Shown piece by piece: positions 37,196-49,696 of a stretch of 64,000 nucleotides of DNA. The notes beneath the pieces are model-generated. The model was given only the letters and a program-made list of their open reading frames with translations, ran no database searches and was not told the DNA's origin. Where the stretch lies: positions 20,304 to 84,303 of the forward strand of contig JAFTRC010000048.1 in assembly GCA_017462455.1 (NCBI GenBank). The letters run 5' to 3'. Origin of the DNA: Bacilli bacterium (GTDB taxonomy: Bacteria; Bacillota_I; Bacilli_A; RF39; UBA660). Made by a program: the position numbers and the translations under genes. The stretch's first letter is position 1. The number at the start of each line of letters is the position of its first letter.

Positions 37196-39196
37196 ATGCC
37201 AACAGAATATGTTATTATTTTAATTATCGTAGTATTGATGATTTGTTTTTTATATTTTGTTGAGCCATTTATATCAAAACAAAAAGTTAAGGATAATAAA
37301 GAACATGGAAGTGCAAGATGGGCGAAATTTAGTGAGATAAAAAAGAACTTCAAAGAAGAAAAAATAAGTAATATAAAAAATTATGGATTTCCTGTTTATT
37401 TTAATAAAGACAATACGAAAGTATGGTTTGATATGAAAACACCTCATTGGATTTATTTAGGAAGTACTGGTAGTGGTAAATCAGTAACATCAGTAATACC
37501 AAATTGTTCTTTTATAGCAACAGCTCAAGTTAAAAAGAGTGTTTTTATTACAGATCCAAAAGGCGAGATATTTGATACTACTAGCAAACTATTTAAAGAT
37601 AATGGTTATAATGTATTAACTTTAGATTTTAGAAATCCAGAATATTCTAATCATATTAATTTGTTAGAGCCTGCTATAAAGGAATACGAATTGTATGATA
37701 AATATAAAAAAGAAAGTGAAAAAGTAAAAAGTAAGAAAAAGAATATAGATTTGAAAAATAAATCTATTACACATTTTGCACAATGTAATGAATTTGTAAA
37801 TGATATATCAACAATGATAATGAATGATGAAACTGCCAAAGAAAAGTTTTGGAATAATAGTTCGTGTGATTTATTATATGGTTTGATATTTTTATTTTTA
37901 GAAGATTATGTAGAGGGTAAGATAGAAAGAAAAAAGATAACTTTAACTTCAATTAAGAAATTTCAAAATAGTTCAATGACAGAAACTAATAATAAATTAT
38001 TAAAAAATTATATGGAACAAAAAACTTATGATATGAAAAGTAAAGATAAATTATTACCTTTACTAAATATATCAGATACAACATATCGTTCTATAACTTC
38101 AACATTTAATGAAAGAATGACATTATATGATAATGTTAATGTTGAAAATGTAACTTCAAATTCAGATTTTGATTTTGATGTTTTAGGTAAAAGTCCAACA
38201 GTCTTATATTGTTGTATACCTGATGAATCAAAAATATATTATTCATTAATTTCAATAGTGGTTTCTTTAATATATAAGAAACTTGTTTTATTATGTAATG
38301 AGCAACCTAATAGAAGATTACCTTACGATCTAGTTTTTATGTTAGATGAATTTGCTAATACACCACCACTTGCAGATATTACTACAATGGTAAGTGTAGC
38401 AAGAAGTAGGGGTATGCAATTTAATTTCTATTTACAATCATTTGCTCAATTAGATAATTTATATGGTAGAGAAGTAAGTCAAATTATTCAAGATAATACT
38501 GGACTAGCATTTTTAAAAACGAATACACAATCCACTGCTGAAGAAATTAGTAAACGCCTCGGAAATAGAGGAGTTCAAACTTCATCAGTAAATTATTCAA
38601 TGAGTTTTACTAATAATAATGGTAGTCAAAATACTTCTTTAATTAGTCGTAATTTAATGACACCTGATGAAATAAAACAATTACATTTTAAAACAATAAT
38701 ATTTCCTACAAAAGGATATCCAATAATTAGGGACACAGTTACTTATGATAAGTTTAGTTGTTATAAAAGTGGAAGAATAGAAAGAGAAATAAGACCACTT
38801 GAAAGACTAGTAGATACTTATTATACGGTGGAACAAATTAGTGCAAAGAAAAAGACTCCACCTCCTAGTAGTGGTAGTCCTAAAGCAGTTCAAAGTGTAG
38901 AGTTGGAAAAGAATAATAGAAAGAAATTAGAAATATATGTAAAAGAAATATTAAAATTATTCCCTAACGTAGACAATGATGTTGAGTACATAAAAGAAAA
39001 TATAATTAATCAAGCACATATCTTTTTAGCATCACCTTTATCTTTATCGGATATAGGTGGTTTGGATCAGATATCAAAACAAAATAACTTTGGTTATTTA
39101 GCAGTATCTTCTCAAGAAAAAGTTAATAGAAAAAATCGTTGTAGCAAGATTGAAATTTATTTAAAAAATGATAAAGAACAGGAGGTAAATAAATAA
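37196..39196 (+). CDS. VirD4/TraG-family type IV coupling protein
   Basis: N-terminal TM, HGSARWA motif, Walker [12 protein letters not shown], Walker [10 protein letters not shown]. Confidence 0.8.
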   Translation: MPTEYVIILIIVVLMICFLYFVEPFISKQKVKDNKEHGSARWAKFSEIKKNFKEEKISNIKNYGFPVYFNKDNTKVWFDMKTPHWIYLGSTGSGKSVTSVIPNCSFIATAQVKKSVFITDPKGEIFDTTSKLFKDNGYNVLTLDFRNPEYSNHINLLEPAIKEYELYDKYKKESEKVKSKKKNIDLKNKSITHFAQCNEFVNDISTMIMNDETAKEKFWNNSSCDLLYGLIFLFLEDYVEGKIERKKITLTSIKKFQNSSMTETNNKLLKNYMEQKTYDMKSKDKLLPLLNISDTTYRSITSTFNERMTLYDNVNVENVTSNSDFDFDVLGKSPTVLYCCIPDESKIYYSLISIVVSLIYKKLVLLCNEQPNRRLPYDLVFMLDEFANTPPLADITTMVSVARSRGMQFNFYLQSFAQLDNLYGREVSQIIQDNTGLAFLKTNTQSTAEEISKRLGNRGVQTSSVNYSMSFTNNNGSQNTSLISRNLMTPDEIKQLHFKTIIFPTKGYPIIRDTVTYDKFSCYKSGRIEREIRPLERLVDTYYTVEQISAKKKTPPPSSGSPKAVQSVELEKNNRKKLEIYVKEILKLFPNVDNDVEYIKENIINQAHIFLASPLSLSDIGGLDQISKQNNFGYLAVSSQEKVNRKNRCSKIEIYLKNDKEQEVNK

Positions 39197-42100
39197 TGCA
39201 CAAGAAGTTTTTAGAAGAGTATAACACTATTAGAGATAATACATTGAATTATATTAGTGAGAGTGAGCAAGAGTGGTTTAACTTTTTAAACTTTTGGTCA
39301 AAGAACGTAGTTCAATATAGCATTGATAATTTACTTAATATTTATGCTTATAATCCTAAAGGTAGTGTATTTGCAACTTTTGATGAGTGGAATAGTTCAA
39401 AAGTACAAAGAAGAATAAAACCACAAAGCAGAGGTATACCAATAATTAAAGATGGTAGTAAAGTACATATTTTTGAGATTTCCCAAACACACGGGAAGTC
39501 TTTTTATTTATGGAAATATGACCATAAGATAGATAACGAACTTTTAAACTATTATTTTTATCCATTAAAAACTGATAATAGTAAAAAGAATATATCAACT
39601 AGTTTATATACTTCAATATTAAATCAAGTTGGTAAACATATTAATCAAGAGTATGATACATCATTAACGCTAGATGAAAAAAGATTTATAACTGACACAG
39701 TTGCAAATATTACAATGTCAAAGTTTGGTTTCAATATTATGGAAACATATAATGGAACATTAAAAGATTTGAATAGTTTTGATTTAGAAGATAAATTAAA
39801 ATGTCTTCAACTTGTAAATAAAGAATCTTTATATATGTATAAGAAAGTAAGAAATGATATTAATGTTTTATCTAATACGAAAAAACAAATTGATAGTTTA
39901 GTAATAAATGAATATACACAAGAAGATTTTAATTTTAATGATATAGATAATAAACTTATATCTATAGCTGAAGAAAACGAGATAAATAATGAATTAGTAA
40001 GAGATTTTTATAATAATAGTAAATATGCCTTCAAAGAATTAGAAAGAGTAAAAAATCCTTTTAATGATAAAGAAGATATAGAAGATAAAGATGATAAAGT
40101 AATTGTTGAAGATTTATTTACTGAATTTGATAGGGATGAAAAGTTAAGATTTTATGTAGAGTTTTATAATGGTACTAATATCACTTATGACCAATGTCCA
40201 TATAATATGATGATAGAAGATTTAACTAATAATAAAAATAAAGTTAAAAAGATTTGGTTAAAAGATCCTAATTATGAATTAGAAGATAAGTTAGTGTTAG
40301 ATAATTCAAAAGAAAAATATACAACTTATTATAGTATGGATTATAGAAGTGAAGAATACAAAAAAGAACTTGAAAGAATAAATGAAATACAACCTAATGA
40401 AATATCTGAAGAAACAAAAGAAAAATATATCAATATAGTCCTTAAAGAAGGACCTAGCGAGTATAGAGGAAAAGAGAGAATATATTTAATTGTTAATGGT
40501 AATTTTTCTAACCAAGAAAAAATTAGAAGAATAAAAAATATTTATGGTCTTGCAGGTCATTCAGGTAGTGTAATAGATGATATTAGATATGGTTGGAGTT
40601 CTTATGGTAAAAACTTTGAAGTAGAAATTGGTAATGTTTATGTACCTTTAAAATGGAACGAAGTATTAGATAGAGTGCAAACGTTATGTTTTATGAATGA
40701 ATATTTAACTGAAGATGAAAAGTTAAATCTTTATGATGTAGAACAAGAAATGTTTACGAAAGAAGATAGTAAAGAATTATATGAAGATGAGCCAGTAGAA
40801 GAAAAAACTAGTGGTGTTAGTCAATTAACATTATTTGAGCCAAGAGAACAAGAATTGGCTAATAAGATTTTAGAAATATTTAATTCTTTTAATACTAAAT
40901 ACAAAGATACATTTGTGTTAAATAAAGTAGATTTAAGTAAATGGACACATATAACTAATCCAAATAAAACTTTAACTATTAATTTGAAAAGTACAATTAT
41001 AAGCGATTTAGCAGATAGAGAAAATAGCTTTACATATTTTAATAGTGATAAAACTGATGAAAAACTTTTATATAGTGGAATAGAAAATGATCCATTATTA
41101 AGTAGATTAAATGAAGATAAAGATTTTTCAATATCATTTACTCCTGATATGATACATATTTATTGGCATAACTTTGAAAAGAAACAATATTCATTGGATA
41201 ATATAAAAGTTAATTCTAATAATAATGATAAAAATAGTGGAACAAAACAAGATGATAATTATATAGATTATGAAGAAGAAAAAATAATTGATGATTATAG
41301 TTTTGAAGATGATGATTATGACGATTATGAAGATGAAGAAGAACACGAAGAAAGTTATGAAAGAATAGAGATAAAACCTATTGAAAAAATAGATTATATT
41401 ATTCCTAATAAAGAAGATGAGTTTTTTGGAGCAAAGACAAGATTTGAAGATAATGTTAATGCTATAAAGTTATTAAAGAAAATAGAGTCTGAAGATAGAC
41501 TTGCTACAAAAGATGAACAAGAGGTTTTAGCAAAATATGTAGGTTGGGGAGGAATAAGTGAAGCATTTGATAAAACTAAATCTAATTGGAGTAAAGAATA
41601 TGAGGAATTAAAATTATTATTAAATGAAAAAGAGTATAAAGAAGCCAATGAGTCTGTATTGACTTCTTTTTATACTCCAAATGAAGTAATAGATAGTATC
41701 TATAATTCTTTATCTAGATTTGGATTTGAAAACGGAAAAGTTTTAGAGCCATCTTGTGGTATAGGAAACTTTTTTGGTAGAAAACCTAGTTCTATTGAAA
41801 TGAAAAATGTAAGAGGTATAGAGTTAGATAGCATTACGGGTAGAATTGCAAAACAACTTTATCAAAATGCAAAGATAGATGTAAAAGGATATGAAAATGT
41901 TGAGTTGCTAGATAATATGTATGATGTTGCTATTGGTAATGTACCTTTTAGCAATTATCAAATATTAGATAAAAGATATAAAACACATTTTTTAGTACAC
42001 GATTACTTCTTTCAAAAGACATTAGATAAAGTAAGACCAGGGGGAATTATCGCATTTATAACTTCTTCTGGAACAATGGATAAAAAAGATAAAACCGTAA

Positions 42101-45100
42101 GAGAGTATATAGCACAACGATCTGAATTAATTGGTGCAATAAGATTACCAAATACTACATTTAAAAGTAATGCTAATACTAGTACTACAACTGATATTAT
42201 CTTTTTAAAGAAAAGAGAAGAATTAAAGAAAGATGTATCTGATGAAAGATGGTTATATACTGATTATTATGAAGATGATATTCAACTAAATAATTATTTT
42301 ATAGATAATCCTAATATGATGCTTGGTAAGTTTGAAATTAAGAGTGGACCTTATGGTAATGAGTCAACGCTTAATCCTTTAGATGAAAAGTTAAATGTTT
42401 TATTAGAAAAAGCAGTAAATAACTTACCGAGTAAGATATATGAAAAGGGAAGTTATGATATAGAAGAAGCCAGTTTTGATTATCCAGTATTAGATTGTGA
42501 TGATGATATTAAAAATAATGCTTTTGTAATTGTTAGCAGAGATAATCAAGATATTATTTATAAGAGAGTTAATTCTAATCTTGTTCCTTATACTTTACAA
42601 AGTGGTATGACAGCTGAACGAATAAAAGGTATGTGTAAAGTAAAAGATGCTTTAAAAAATGTTTTTGGAGTTCAGTTAAATGATGGTACTGATGATGAAT
42701 TGAAAATAGCACAAGATAATTTGCATAAAGTTTATGATGAGTTTTATAAGAAAATGGGTGCTATTAGTTCTAATACTAATCAAAGAGCATTTGAAGATGA
42801 TCCTGATTATTATTTAATTTCGTCAATAGAAAATAAAGTTAGCAAAGATGATGAAGAAGTACCAGTTTATGAAAAAGGTGATGTTTTTTATAAACGAACA
42901 ATAAGAAGAAATAAAGAAAATGAGAAAGCAGAAACTGCTGAAGAAGCACTTGCTTTATCAATGAATGCTAGAGGTTGTGTAGACTTTGGTTATATGAGTT
43001 CAGTATATAATAAAAATGAAGAAGAAATTATAGAAGAACTTGGAAATCTAATTTATCAAGATCCACAAAAAACAAATGAATTTAATAATGGTTATGTTTT
43101 AGCAAATGAATATTTAAGTGGTAATGTAAAAGAAAAATTAAATATAGCCGAAATTAAAAATCAAAATGGAATATATGATAAAAATATTGAAGCATTAAAA
43201 CAAGTGCAACCTATACCATTACAATATGATGAAATAAATGTAAAACTAGGTAGTACTTGGATACCTGAAGATATATACCACCAGTTTGTATGTGAACTTG
43301 TAGATATATCTTGGCGATATGAGGGTAATTTAAAAATCAAATATGTACCAACTGCAAATCAATGGTTATTTCAATCATCTGGTTTACATAGTGCTACTAC
43401 TAAAAATACTAGTACTTGGGGTACTGATAGAATGGACGCAATTAATATTATAAAGAACTCATTAAACTTACAAAGTGTAACTGTCTACGATAAGTTAGAT
43501 GATGATAGAAGAATTGTTAATGTTGTTGAAACTGCAAATGCTAGAGAAAAACAAGAACTTATTAAACAAGAGTTTAAAGAGTGGATTTGGAAAGATGAAG
43601 GTAGACGTGAAAGATTAGTTAGAATATATAATGAGAGATTTAATTGTATAAGACAAAGAGAGTATGATGGTAGCAATTTAAAATTTGATGGTATGAATCC
43701 TAGTATAGAATTAAGGCCACATCAAAAAGATGCGGTTGCAAGAGTTTTATATGGTGGTAATGCATTATTAGCTCACGCAGTAGGTGCTGGTAAAACTTTT
43801 GAATGTATTGCGAGTGCAATGGAACTAAAAAGATTAGGTATAGTTAGTAAGCCAATGTTTGTTGTTCCTAATCACTTAATAAATCAATGGGCTAATGATA
43901 TTTTAAAATTATATCCAATGGCAAATGTATTAGTCGCTTCACAAAAAGATTTCGAGAAAACAAGAAGAAAGAAATTAATGGCACGAATTGCAACAGGCGA
44001 ATGGGACGCAGTTGTAATTGCTCATTCTAGTTTTGGTTTAATTCCTATTAGTAAGGAATATGAAACACAACATATTAATAATCAAATAGATGAATTGACA
44101 CAAGCACAATATGATATAGAAGCAGATGGTGTAAGTGTTAAGAAAATAGAACAAGCAAAGAAAGTGCTAGAAACAAAATTAAAAAGATTATTAGATGATA
44201 CTAAAAAAGATGATGCAGTCAACTTTGAAGAACTTGGAGTTGATTTTTTATTTGTAGATGAAGCACATATGTTTAAAAACTTACCAATGTTTTCAAAGAT
44301 AAGAAACGTAGCAGGTATTAATAATACTGAATCACAAAAAGCAACTGATCTTTTTATGAAGATTAGTTATATATTAGAAAACAATAATGGTAAAGGAGCG
44401 GTTTTTGCAACTGGTACTCCAATATCTAATTCAATGGGTGAATTATATGCAATGCAAAAATATTTGCAAATAGATAGATTAAGAGAATTGGGATTATCTA
44501 ACTTTGATGAATGGGCGAGTACTTTTGGTGAGATAGTTAATAGTTTTGAAATATCGCCAGATGGTAGTGGCTTTAGAACAAAAGCAAGATTTTCAAAATT
44601 CTATAATATACCAGAGTTAATGTCTTTATTCAAAGAAGTAGCGGATATTAAAACATCTAAAATGTTAAATCTACCTGTACCTAAATTAAAAGATGGAAAG
44701 TACAATACAATAGTCGCACCTAAATCTGAAGATTTAGATAGTTATGTTCAAGATTTAGCATATAGAAGTGAACTTATTAAAAATCGTCAAGTACATAGTA
44801 CTGAAGATAATATGTTAAAAGTAACTAATGATGGTAGAAAAGCAGCACTTGATATGAGAATGATAGATTCTACTTATGAAGATATATCAAATTCAAAAAT
44901 TAATTTAGCAGTAGATAATATATATGGTATTTGGTTAAAGAATAAAGAAAACAAATTAACTCAATTAGTATTTTGTGATTTATCAACTCCTAGAGATGAT
45001 GGCGGATTTAATGCTTATGATGATATTAAAAACAAATTAATTGCTAGGGGAATACCTGCAGAAGAAATTGAGTATATACATAATGCAAAAAGTAATGCTC

Positions 45101-46149
45101 AAAAAACTAAATTATTCAATGATATGAGAACTGGTAAAGTTAGAATATTAATGGGTAGTACTGCAAAGATGGGAGCAGGAATGAATGTTCAAGATAAATT
45201 AGTAGCGTTGCATCATTTAGACTGTCCATGGCGACCATCTGACATTGAACAAAGGGAAGGAAGAATATTAAGACAGGGAAATCAAAACGAAGAAGTAGAA
45301 ATATATAGATATATTACTGAAGGTAGTTTTGATGCTTACTCTTATCAATTAATAGAAACTAAATCTAACTTTATAAATCAAATAATGGGGAATAATGGAA
45401 ATGGAGTTAGAAGTGCTGAAGATTTAGATAGAGATACACTTACTTATGCAGAAGTAAAAGCGTTAGCGAGTGGTAATCCTTTAATACTTGAAAAGTTTAA
45501 AGTAGAGAACGAATTAAAACAATTATATTTATCAAAGCAGAGGTATGATAAAACAAGAGAAGATTTATTAAAAAAATATCAAATAGGTTTACCTAATCAA
45601 TTAAAAGATTCAAATAATTATCTTTCGTTATTAAATGAAGATATGAAAGATATTCAAGATTTAAGTGCTGATAATTTTAGAATCATACTTAATGGTGTAA
45701 ACCTAACGTCTAGAAGTGAAGCGAGTGAAATGCTTTACAAAATGTTTTCAATTTGTAAAGTTGGTGAAGAAACAATTATAGGTAATATTAGTGGATTTGA
45801 TATAGTTGGAATTAAAGATGAGTTGTGGGGAAAACCACAACTTTTTTTGAAGAACAAAGGACGTTATAAAGTTGAAATTAGTGATACTCAAGAAATAGGT
45901 AATATATATAAGATAGAAAATGTTTTAAAAAGTTTTGATAAAAGAATAAGTGATACTGAAGAAAGAATTGCTTATATAGAAAAAGAACTAGGAAGTGTTA
46001 AAGAAGAATTAGATAAACCTTTCCCTAGTTTAGATAGAATTAGAGAATTGCAAAAAGAACAAGCAAGAATTGATAGTGAATTGGATCTTGATAAACAAGA
46101 TTCAAATACTATGACAAATGAAGAAAATGAACTTGAAAATGACAAATAA
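39196..46149 (+). CDS. Giant multidomain protein: unknown N-terminal domain, N6-adenine DNA methyltransferase, SNF2/DEAD-like helicase
   Basis: MTase motif [13 protein letters not shown] and motif IV-like GNVPFS. Helicase motif [12 protein letters not shown], motif [10 protein letters not shown], motif [12 protein letters not shown]. Acidic repeat [15 protein letters not shown] between the domains. Confidence 0.8.
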   Translation: MHKKFLEEYNTIRDNTLNYISESEQEWFNFLNFWSKNVVQYSIDNLLNIYAYNPKGSVFATFDEWNSSKVQRRIKPQSRGIPIIKDGSKVHIFEISQTHGKSFYLWKYDHKIDNELLNYYFYPLKTDNSKKNISTSLYTSILNQVGKHINQEYDTSLTLDEKRFITDTVANITMSKFGFNIMETYNGTLKDLNSFDLEDKLKCLQLVNKESLYMYKKVRNDINVLSNTKKQIDSLVINEYTQEDFNFNDIDNKLISIAEENEINNELVRDFYNNSKYAFKELERVKNPFNDKEDIEDKDDKVIVEDLFTEFDRDEKLRFYVEFYNGTNITYDQCPYNMMIEDLTNNKNKVKKIWLKDPNYELEDKLVLDNSKEKYTTYYSMDYRSEEYKKELERINEIQPNEISEETKEKYINIVLKEGPSEYRGKERIYLIVNGNFSNQEKIRRIKNIYGLAGHSGSVIDDIRYGWSSYGKNFEVEIGNVYVPLKWNEVLDRVQTLCFMNEYLTEDEKLNLYDVEQEMFTKEDSKELYEDEPVEEKTSGVSQLTLFEPREQELANKILEIFNSFNTKYKDTFVLNKVDLSKWTHITNPNKTLTINLKSTIISDLADRENSFTYFNSDKTDEKLLYSGIENDPLLSRLNEDKDFSISFTPDMIHIYWHNFEKKQYSLDNIKVNSNNNDKNSGTKQDDNYIDYEEEKIIDDYSFEDDDYDDYEDEEEHEESYERIEIKPIEKIDYIIPNKEDEFFGAKTRFEDNVNAIKLLKKIESEDRLATKDEQEVLAKYVGWGGISEAFDKTKSNWSKEYEELKLLLNEKEYKEANESVLTSFYTPNEVIDSIYNSLSRFGFENGKVLEPSCGIGNFFGRKPSSIEMKNVRGIELDSITGRIAKQLYQNAKIDVKGYENVELLDNMYDVAIGNVPFSNYQILDKRYKTHFLVHDYFFQKTLDKVRPGGIIAFITSSGTMDKKDKTVREYIAQRSELIGAIRLPNTTFKSNANTSTTTDIIFLKKREELKKDVSDERWLYTDYYEDDIQLNNYFIDNPNMMLGKFEIKSGPYGNESTLNPLDEKLNVLLEKAVNNLPSKIYEKGSYDIEEASFDYPVLDCDDDIKNNAFVIVSRDNQDIIYKRVNSNLVPYTLQSGMTAERIKGMCKVKDALKNVFGVQLNDGTDDELKIAQDNLHKVYDEFYKKMGAISSNTNQRAFEDDPDYYLISSIENKVSKDDEEVPVYEKGDVFYKRTIRRNKENEKAETAEEALALSMNARGCVDFGYMSSVYNKNEEEIIEELGNLIYQDPQKTNEFNNGYVLANEYLSGNVKEKLNIAEIKNQNGIYDKNIEALKQVQPIPLQYDEINVKLGSTWIPEDIYHQFVCELVDISWRYEGNLKIKYVPTANQWLFQSSGLHSATTKNTSTWGTDRMDAINIIKNSLNLQSVTVYDKLDDDRRIVNVVETANAREKQELIKQEFKEWIWKDEGRRERLVRIYNERFNCIRQREYDGSNLKFDGMNPSIELRPHQKDAVARVLYGGNALLAHAVGAGKTFECIASAMELKRLGIVSKPMFVVPNHLINQWANDILKLYPMANVLVASQKDFEKTRRKKLMARIATGEWDAVVIAHSSFGLIPISKEYETQHINNQIDELTQAQYDIEADGVSVKKIEQAKKVLETKLKRLLDDTKKDDAVNFEELGVDFLFVDEAHMFKNLPMFSKIRNVAGINNTESQKATDLFMKISYILENNNGKGAVFATGTPISNSMGELYAMQKYLQIDRLRELGLSNFDEWASTFGEIVNSFEISPDGSGFRTKARFSKFYNIPELMSLFKEVADIKTSKMLNLPVPKLKDGKYNTIVAPKSEDLDSYVQDLAYRSELIKNRQVHSTEDNMLKVTNDGRKAALDMRMIDSTYEDISNSKINLAVDNIYGIWLKNKENKLTQLVFCDLSTPRDDGGFNAYDDIKNKLIARGIPAEEIEYIHNAKSNAQKTKLFNDMRTGKVRILMGSTAKMGAGMNVQDKLVALHHLDCPWRPSDIEQREGRILRQGNQNEEVEIYRYITEGSFDAYSYQLIETKSNFINQIMGNNGNGVRSAEDLDRDTLTYAEVKALASGNPLILEKFKVENELKQLYLSKQRYDKTREDLLKKYQIGLPNQLKDSNNYLSLLNEDMKDIQDLSADNFRIILNGVNLTSRSEASEMLYKMFSICKVGEETIIGNISGFDIVGIKDELWGKPQLFLKNKGRYKVEISDTQEIGNIYKIENVLKSFDKRISDTEERIAYIEKELGSVKEELDKPFPSLDRIRELQKEQARIDSELDLDKQDSNTMTNEENELENDK

Positions 46150-46184
46150 AAAGAAATTGAAAAAATTTAAAAAAAACTATTGCA

Positions 46185-46222
46185 AAAACCATTTTTTTAA
46201 GTGATTAATAAAGTGCAAGAAA
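46185..46222 (+). promoter_or_regulatory. Conserved element promoter motif, copy 2
   Basis: TTGCAAAAACCATTTTTTTAAGTGATTAATAAAGT, upstream of the recombinase operon. Confidence 0.5.
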
Positions 46223-46337
46223 AATGCTATAATTGACCACTAAAATCTCGATATTGGGACTTTACTAGTTCGGTCAGGCACTTGTCTGCAAAAAAATAAA
46301 AAGCTCTTAAAATGGCTAAAAAACAATAGGAGGTATG

Positions 46338-46565
46338 ATGAAGTCAGGGCTTGACAAAGATTTCTTTGAATATATTGTTGATGGACTTGCGACAGTAGCG
46401 AAAAGTGATTTAGAAGAAACTCCTGAAAGATTTAATTACACATTTGCTATTAATGAAATGGTTAAATATCTTAAAGGAAAAGGAATACCTTTTAATAAGG
46501 AAATAATCTCTGCTGAAGTTGACAACAAAATATTAGAAGAATTTGTTGAAAGTTTGCCAAAATAG
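46338..46565 (+). CDS. Small hypothetical protein
   Basis: AGGAGG RBS directly upstream. Confidence 0.45.
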   Translation: MKSGLDKDFFEYIVDGLATVAKSDLEETPERFNYTFAINEMVKYLKGKGIPFNKEIISAEVDNKILEEFVESLPK

Positions 46566-46575
46566 AAAGAAAGGA

Positions 46576-47127
46576 ATGATGATTATGTATTTGTCAAACA
46601 CATCAAACAAAGTTAAAGATTTATTTGAAAGATTTGAACAATTTAAAAATACAACCAAATTTGAGGTATGTATTTACTTATTTGAAGAGTGGAACAATGG
46701 ATTAATTAATGAAAGAAATGAAATTAACCCATCTACTACTGATGAAGATTTTGAAATATTTAAACCTACAAATGTTGGTCTATCAGAACACTTCGCTCAT
46801 TCAATAGGTATGTTATTACTTGGAATTATGAACAACTTTACTGAATCACATCAAAAACTAAGTGATGACCTTTTAACTATTAATTTAGATGATGACTCAA
46901 AGCAATGGTTATCTACTTTTGAAAAACTAGATTTTTCAGAGAAAATAGATGTAATCGGCGAGTTATTAATTAGATATGATAATGAGGAATTATTTGAGGG
47001 ACTTTACCATTTTCCAGTATTATCAGAAGATGATGCATTTAATGTAGCTTTAAATATAAAAGATTATAAAAATAGAATATTTGGAGGGAATGAGGAAACA
47101 GACTTTCCTTATGAAATAGTAGATTAG
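46576..47127 (+). CDS. Hypothetical protein
   Basis: Start refined to Met after GAAAGAAAGGAA; the exact ATG (46576/46579/46585) is uncertain. Confidence 0.45.
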   Translation: MMIMYLSNTSNKVKDLFERFEQFKNTTKFEVCIYLFEEWNNGLINERNEINPSTTDEDFEIFKPTNVGLSEHFAHSIGMLLLGIMNNFTESHQKLSDDLLTINLDDDSKQWLSTFEKLDFSEKIDVIGELLIRYDNEELFEGLYHFPVLSEDDAFNVALNIKDYKNRIFGGNEETDFPYEIVD

Positions 47128-47338
47128 AAAATAGATTAAAAAAATAGATTTGGAGAATTCAATATGAAGATATTTGTAAACTGTTATTTGAAAACTTAAT
47201 TTTTAAATAATGGCTTACAGGGGTACTCTTTACCATTTAAAAAAAATTGAGTTTTCAGTATTTAAAATATTTGGGAACTCAATTTTGAGTTCTTTTTTAT
47301 TTACGAACTTAATATTTTTAAATGGAAGGAGTGATACT

Positions 47339-47533
47339 TTGGACACAGATCTAGATTATCAAATTTATAGCGATTCAAAGAAATTACCCAAAGAGTACCT
47401 TATTCTTCAATTAAGAATGAGTTTAAATAAAGAATTACTAGAAGCAAAAATAATATCTTATGAAGTTTTTAGTAAAATGCAAAAATTATTAGTAAAGAAG
47501 ATGGATAAAATTATTTTAGAAAATATCGAATAA
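47339..47533 (+). CDS. Small protein conserved upstream of both serine recombinase genes (candidate recombination directionality/accessory factor)
   Basis: TTG start after GGAAGGAGTGA; homologous to 63331..63503 (KKLPKEY(L/F)IL…NKEL…AKII(S/T)YE(V/I)F.KMQ.LL.KK). Confidence 0.45.
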   Translation: MDTDLDYQIYSDSKKLPKEYLILQLRMSLNKELLEAKIISYEVFSKMQKLLVKKMDKIILENIE

Positions 47534-47550
47534 GAAGAAAGGAGCAAAAT

Positions 47551-49344
47551 ATGGATATCATTAAAGCACGACAAGAACTTATGCTTGGTAAAACCATTTA
47601 CGATATGAATTTGCGAGTTGTAGATTATGGTAGAGTATCGACTGATAAAGATGACCAGTTAAATTCATTGGAAAACCAAATAAATTATTTTAGTGATTTA
47701 ATTGGATCTGTAAAGACTTGGACACATATTAGAAGTTATAGTGATGAAGGTATATCAGGAACACAAGTTTATAGACGTGAACAATTCTTACAGATGATAG
47801 AAGATGCTAGATTAGGTAAGTTTGATATTATACTAACAAAAGAAGTATCTAGATTTGCTCGTAATACAATCGATAGCATTAGTTATACTCAACAATTATT
47901 AAAATACGGAGTAGTAGTTTTATTTATATCAGATAATATTAACACAATATATCCAGATAGTGAATTTAGATTAACTCTAATGGCTTCAATGGCTCAAGAC
48001 GAAGTGCGTAAATTATCAGAAAGAGTTAAGTTTGGAGTTAAGAGAAGTATAAAAGATGGAAAACTTGGTGGTGGTGGAATATACGGATACTCAAAAAAAG
48101 ATGGTGTATTAACCATTATTGAAAAAGAAGCAGAAGCAGTAAGAATGTTATTTGATTTATATATAACAGGAGAATATGGATTTGCAAAAATAGGCGAGAT
48201 ATTAGCAAGTAGAGGTTATTACACAAGAAAAGGAAAAGTTTTTGCAGATACTACATTAAAGAAAATGCTTAATAATCCTAGATACAAAGGATTTTACACT
48301 GCTAATTTAACAGAGGTAGAAGATTACAAAACACACAAAAAAGTACCTAAACCTGAATCTGAATGGATTATATATAAGGATACAACTGGAAAAATACCAC
48401 CTATCGTAAGTGAAGAAATATGGGATAGAGCAAATAAATTATATAAACAAAGAAATAGTCATTGGGCAAAGACAGTTTTAAATAAAGAATTCTATTTAGA
48501 AAATAGAACATATACATCAAAAATATTTTGTACTGAACATAATACTACATTTATTAGAACTGCAAATTGTAAAAGAAAAGATAACCCAGTATGGCAATGT
48601 AATGAATATTTAAGACACGGAATAAAAGGTTGCTTAACACCTATATTATATGAAAAGCATTTGAACGATATATTTTTCAACTTATTATCAAAGTTTGTTG
48701 ATAATAGTGATGAAATATTGGAAACAATTTTAAATGATTATAAATTGTTAATTAAGGAGTCTGACTCTACAAACGATCTAGAATCAATAAAAGAAAGAAT
48801 AACAGAGCAACAAGCATTCAAAGATAGATTACTAGATATGTCATTAAGAAATATGATAAGTGATGATGACTTTAAAACTAAAAATCAAAAACTTGATGAT
48901 GAGATTAGAACACTAAAAACTAAATTAATAAAAATGGAATCTAATAGAGAGTCGCCATTATATTATGAAAATATAGTAAATCAAATAAAAGAATTTATAT
49001 CGCCAAAAATGAATATAAAAGAGAACTTATCAAGATACTTTAATACATTTGTTGATAAAGTTTTTGTTAGTAAAATCAACAACGATAGAAAACATATTAA
49101 GTTAGAAGTTTTATTCAATTTTAATAATCCTAACGAGATAATAGAAATAGATACGAATAATTATAATAATCCAAATAACAAAGGATCGAATGCTGATGAA
49201 GAAATCAAAATAGCAAACGGTGCTTTGACCTTAAAAACAAATAGAAAATATAACATTAACCTTGACTTTGAGGGTAATTTTTTAAGGTCAAAGTATCTCT
49301 TGCAAGCAACCAAGGAATCCAGCCTTTGTGAACTTAGGGCTTAA
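47551..49344 (+). CDS. Large serine recombinase (element integrase)
   Basis: N-terminal resolvase catalytic domain YGRVSTDKDDQ; recombinase and zinc-ribbon-like central region; 597 aa; located at the element end. Confidence 0.9.
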   Translation: MDIIKARQELMLGKTIYDMNLRVVDYGRVSTDKDDQLNSLENQINYFSDLIGSVKTWTHIRSYSDEGISGTQVYRREQFLQMIEDARLGKFDIILTKEVSRFARNTIDSISYTQQLLKYGVVVLFISDNINTIYPDSEFRLTLMASMAQDEVRKLSERVKFGVKRSIKDGKLGGGGIYGYSKKDGVLTIIEKEAEAVRMLFDLYITGEYGFAKIGEILASRGYYTRKGKVFADTTLKKMLNNPRYKGFYTANLTEVEDYKTHKKVPKPESEWIIYKDTTGKIPPIVSEEIWDRANKLYKQRNSHWAKTVLNKEFYLENRTYTSKIFCTEHNTTFIRTANCKRKDNPVWQCNEYLRHGIKGCLTPILYEKHLNDIFFNLLSKFVDNSDEILETILNDYKLLIKESDSTNDLESIKERITEQQAFKDRLLDMSLRNMISDDDFKTKNQKLDDEIRTLKTKLIKMESNRESPLYYENIVNQIKEFISPKMNIKENLSRYFNTFVDKVFVSKINNDRKHIKLEVLFNFNNPNEIIEIDTNNYNNPNNKGSNADEEIKIANGALTLKTNRKYNINLDFEGNFLRSKYLLQATKESSLCELRA

Positions 49345-49531
49345 GCTTGGTAAAGAAACATTATTTAACTACATAGACTTATTTGGATTTGGAGAAAAAA
49401 CAGGAGTAGATTTAAATGGTGAATCTAGTGGAATACTTTTTAATGTAGATAAAATAGGGGATTTGGAACTAGCAACTACTGCTTTTGGTCAGGGTGTAAG
49501 TGTTACTCCTATACAACAAAGAGTCTTATAA
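49328..49531 (+). pseudogene. Internal fragment of a penicillin-binding protein (transpeptidase) gene
   Basis: Translation KLGKETLFNYIDLFGFGEKTGVDLNGE…LATTAFGQGVSVTPIQ matches the conserved PBP region around FGFG.KTG…FGQG..VTP.Q. Truncated at both ends. Confidence 0.6.
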
Positions 49532-49696
49532 ATGATACCCTTATAATAAATAGAGGAAGTAGTAGTAAATATAGTAAAAAATATGATGTGGAGTATGAGT
49601 GTAGGTGTTTGGTGAATATTTAATAGTATTTCAGTTAAAAGCACTTTAATATAGTGCTTTTTGTGTGTTATAATAAGTAACTGAGGATGTGATAAT

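Larger units (their letters stand above)
12950..49335 (+). mobile_element. Conjugative element (ICE / conjugative transposon, Tn1549/CTn-like gene content) ending at a serine-recombinase att junction
   Basis: Contiguous same-strand block with adhesin/sortase, VirB4, VirB6-like, M23 hydrolase, oriT-RHH-relaxase, VirD4, methylase-helicase and serine recombinase. The right end is set by the PBP fragment at ~49.3 kb. The left end is uncertain and may lie upstream of the window. Confidence 0.6.

Noticed and set aside
46230-46290. GC-richer patch (GGGACTTTACTAGTTCGGTCAGGCACTTGTCTGC) considered as a possible tRNA fragment or att site
   Set aside because: No tRNA-like acceptor/anticodon structure could be folded by eye. 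It lies in the leader of the recombinase operon just downstream of the conserved promoter motif, so it was left unannotated.
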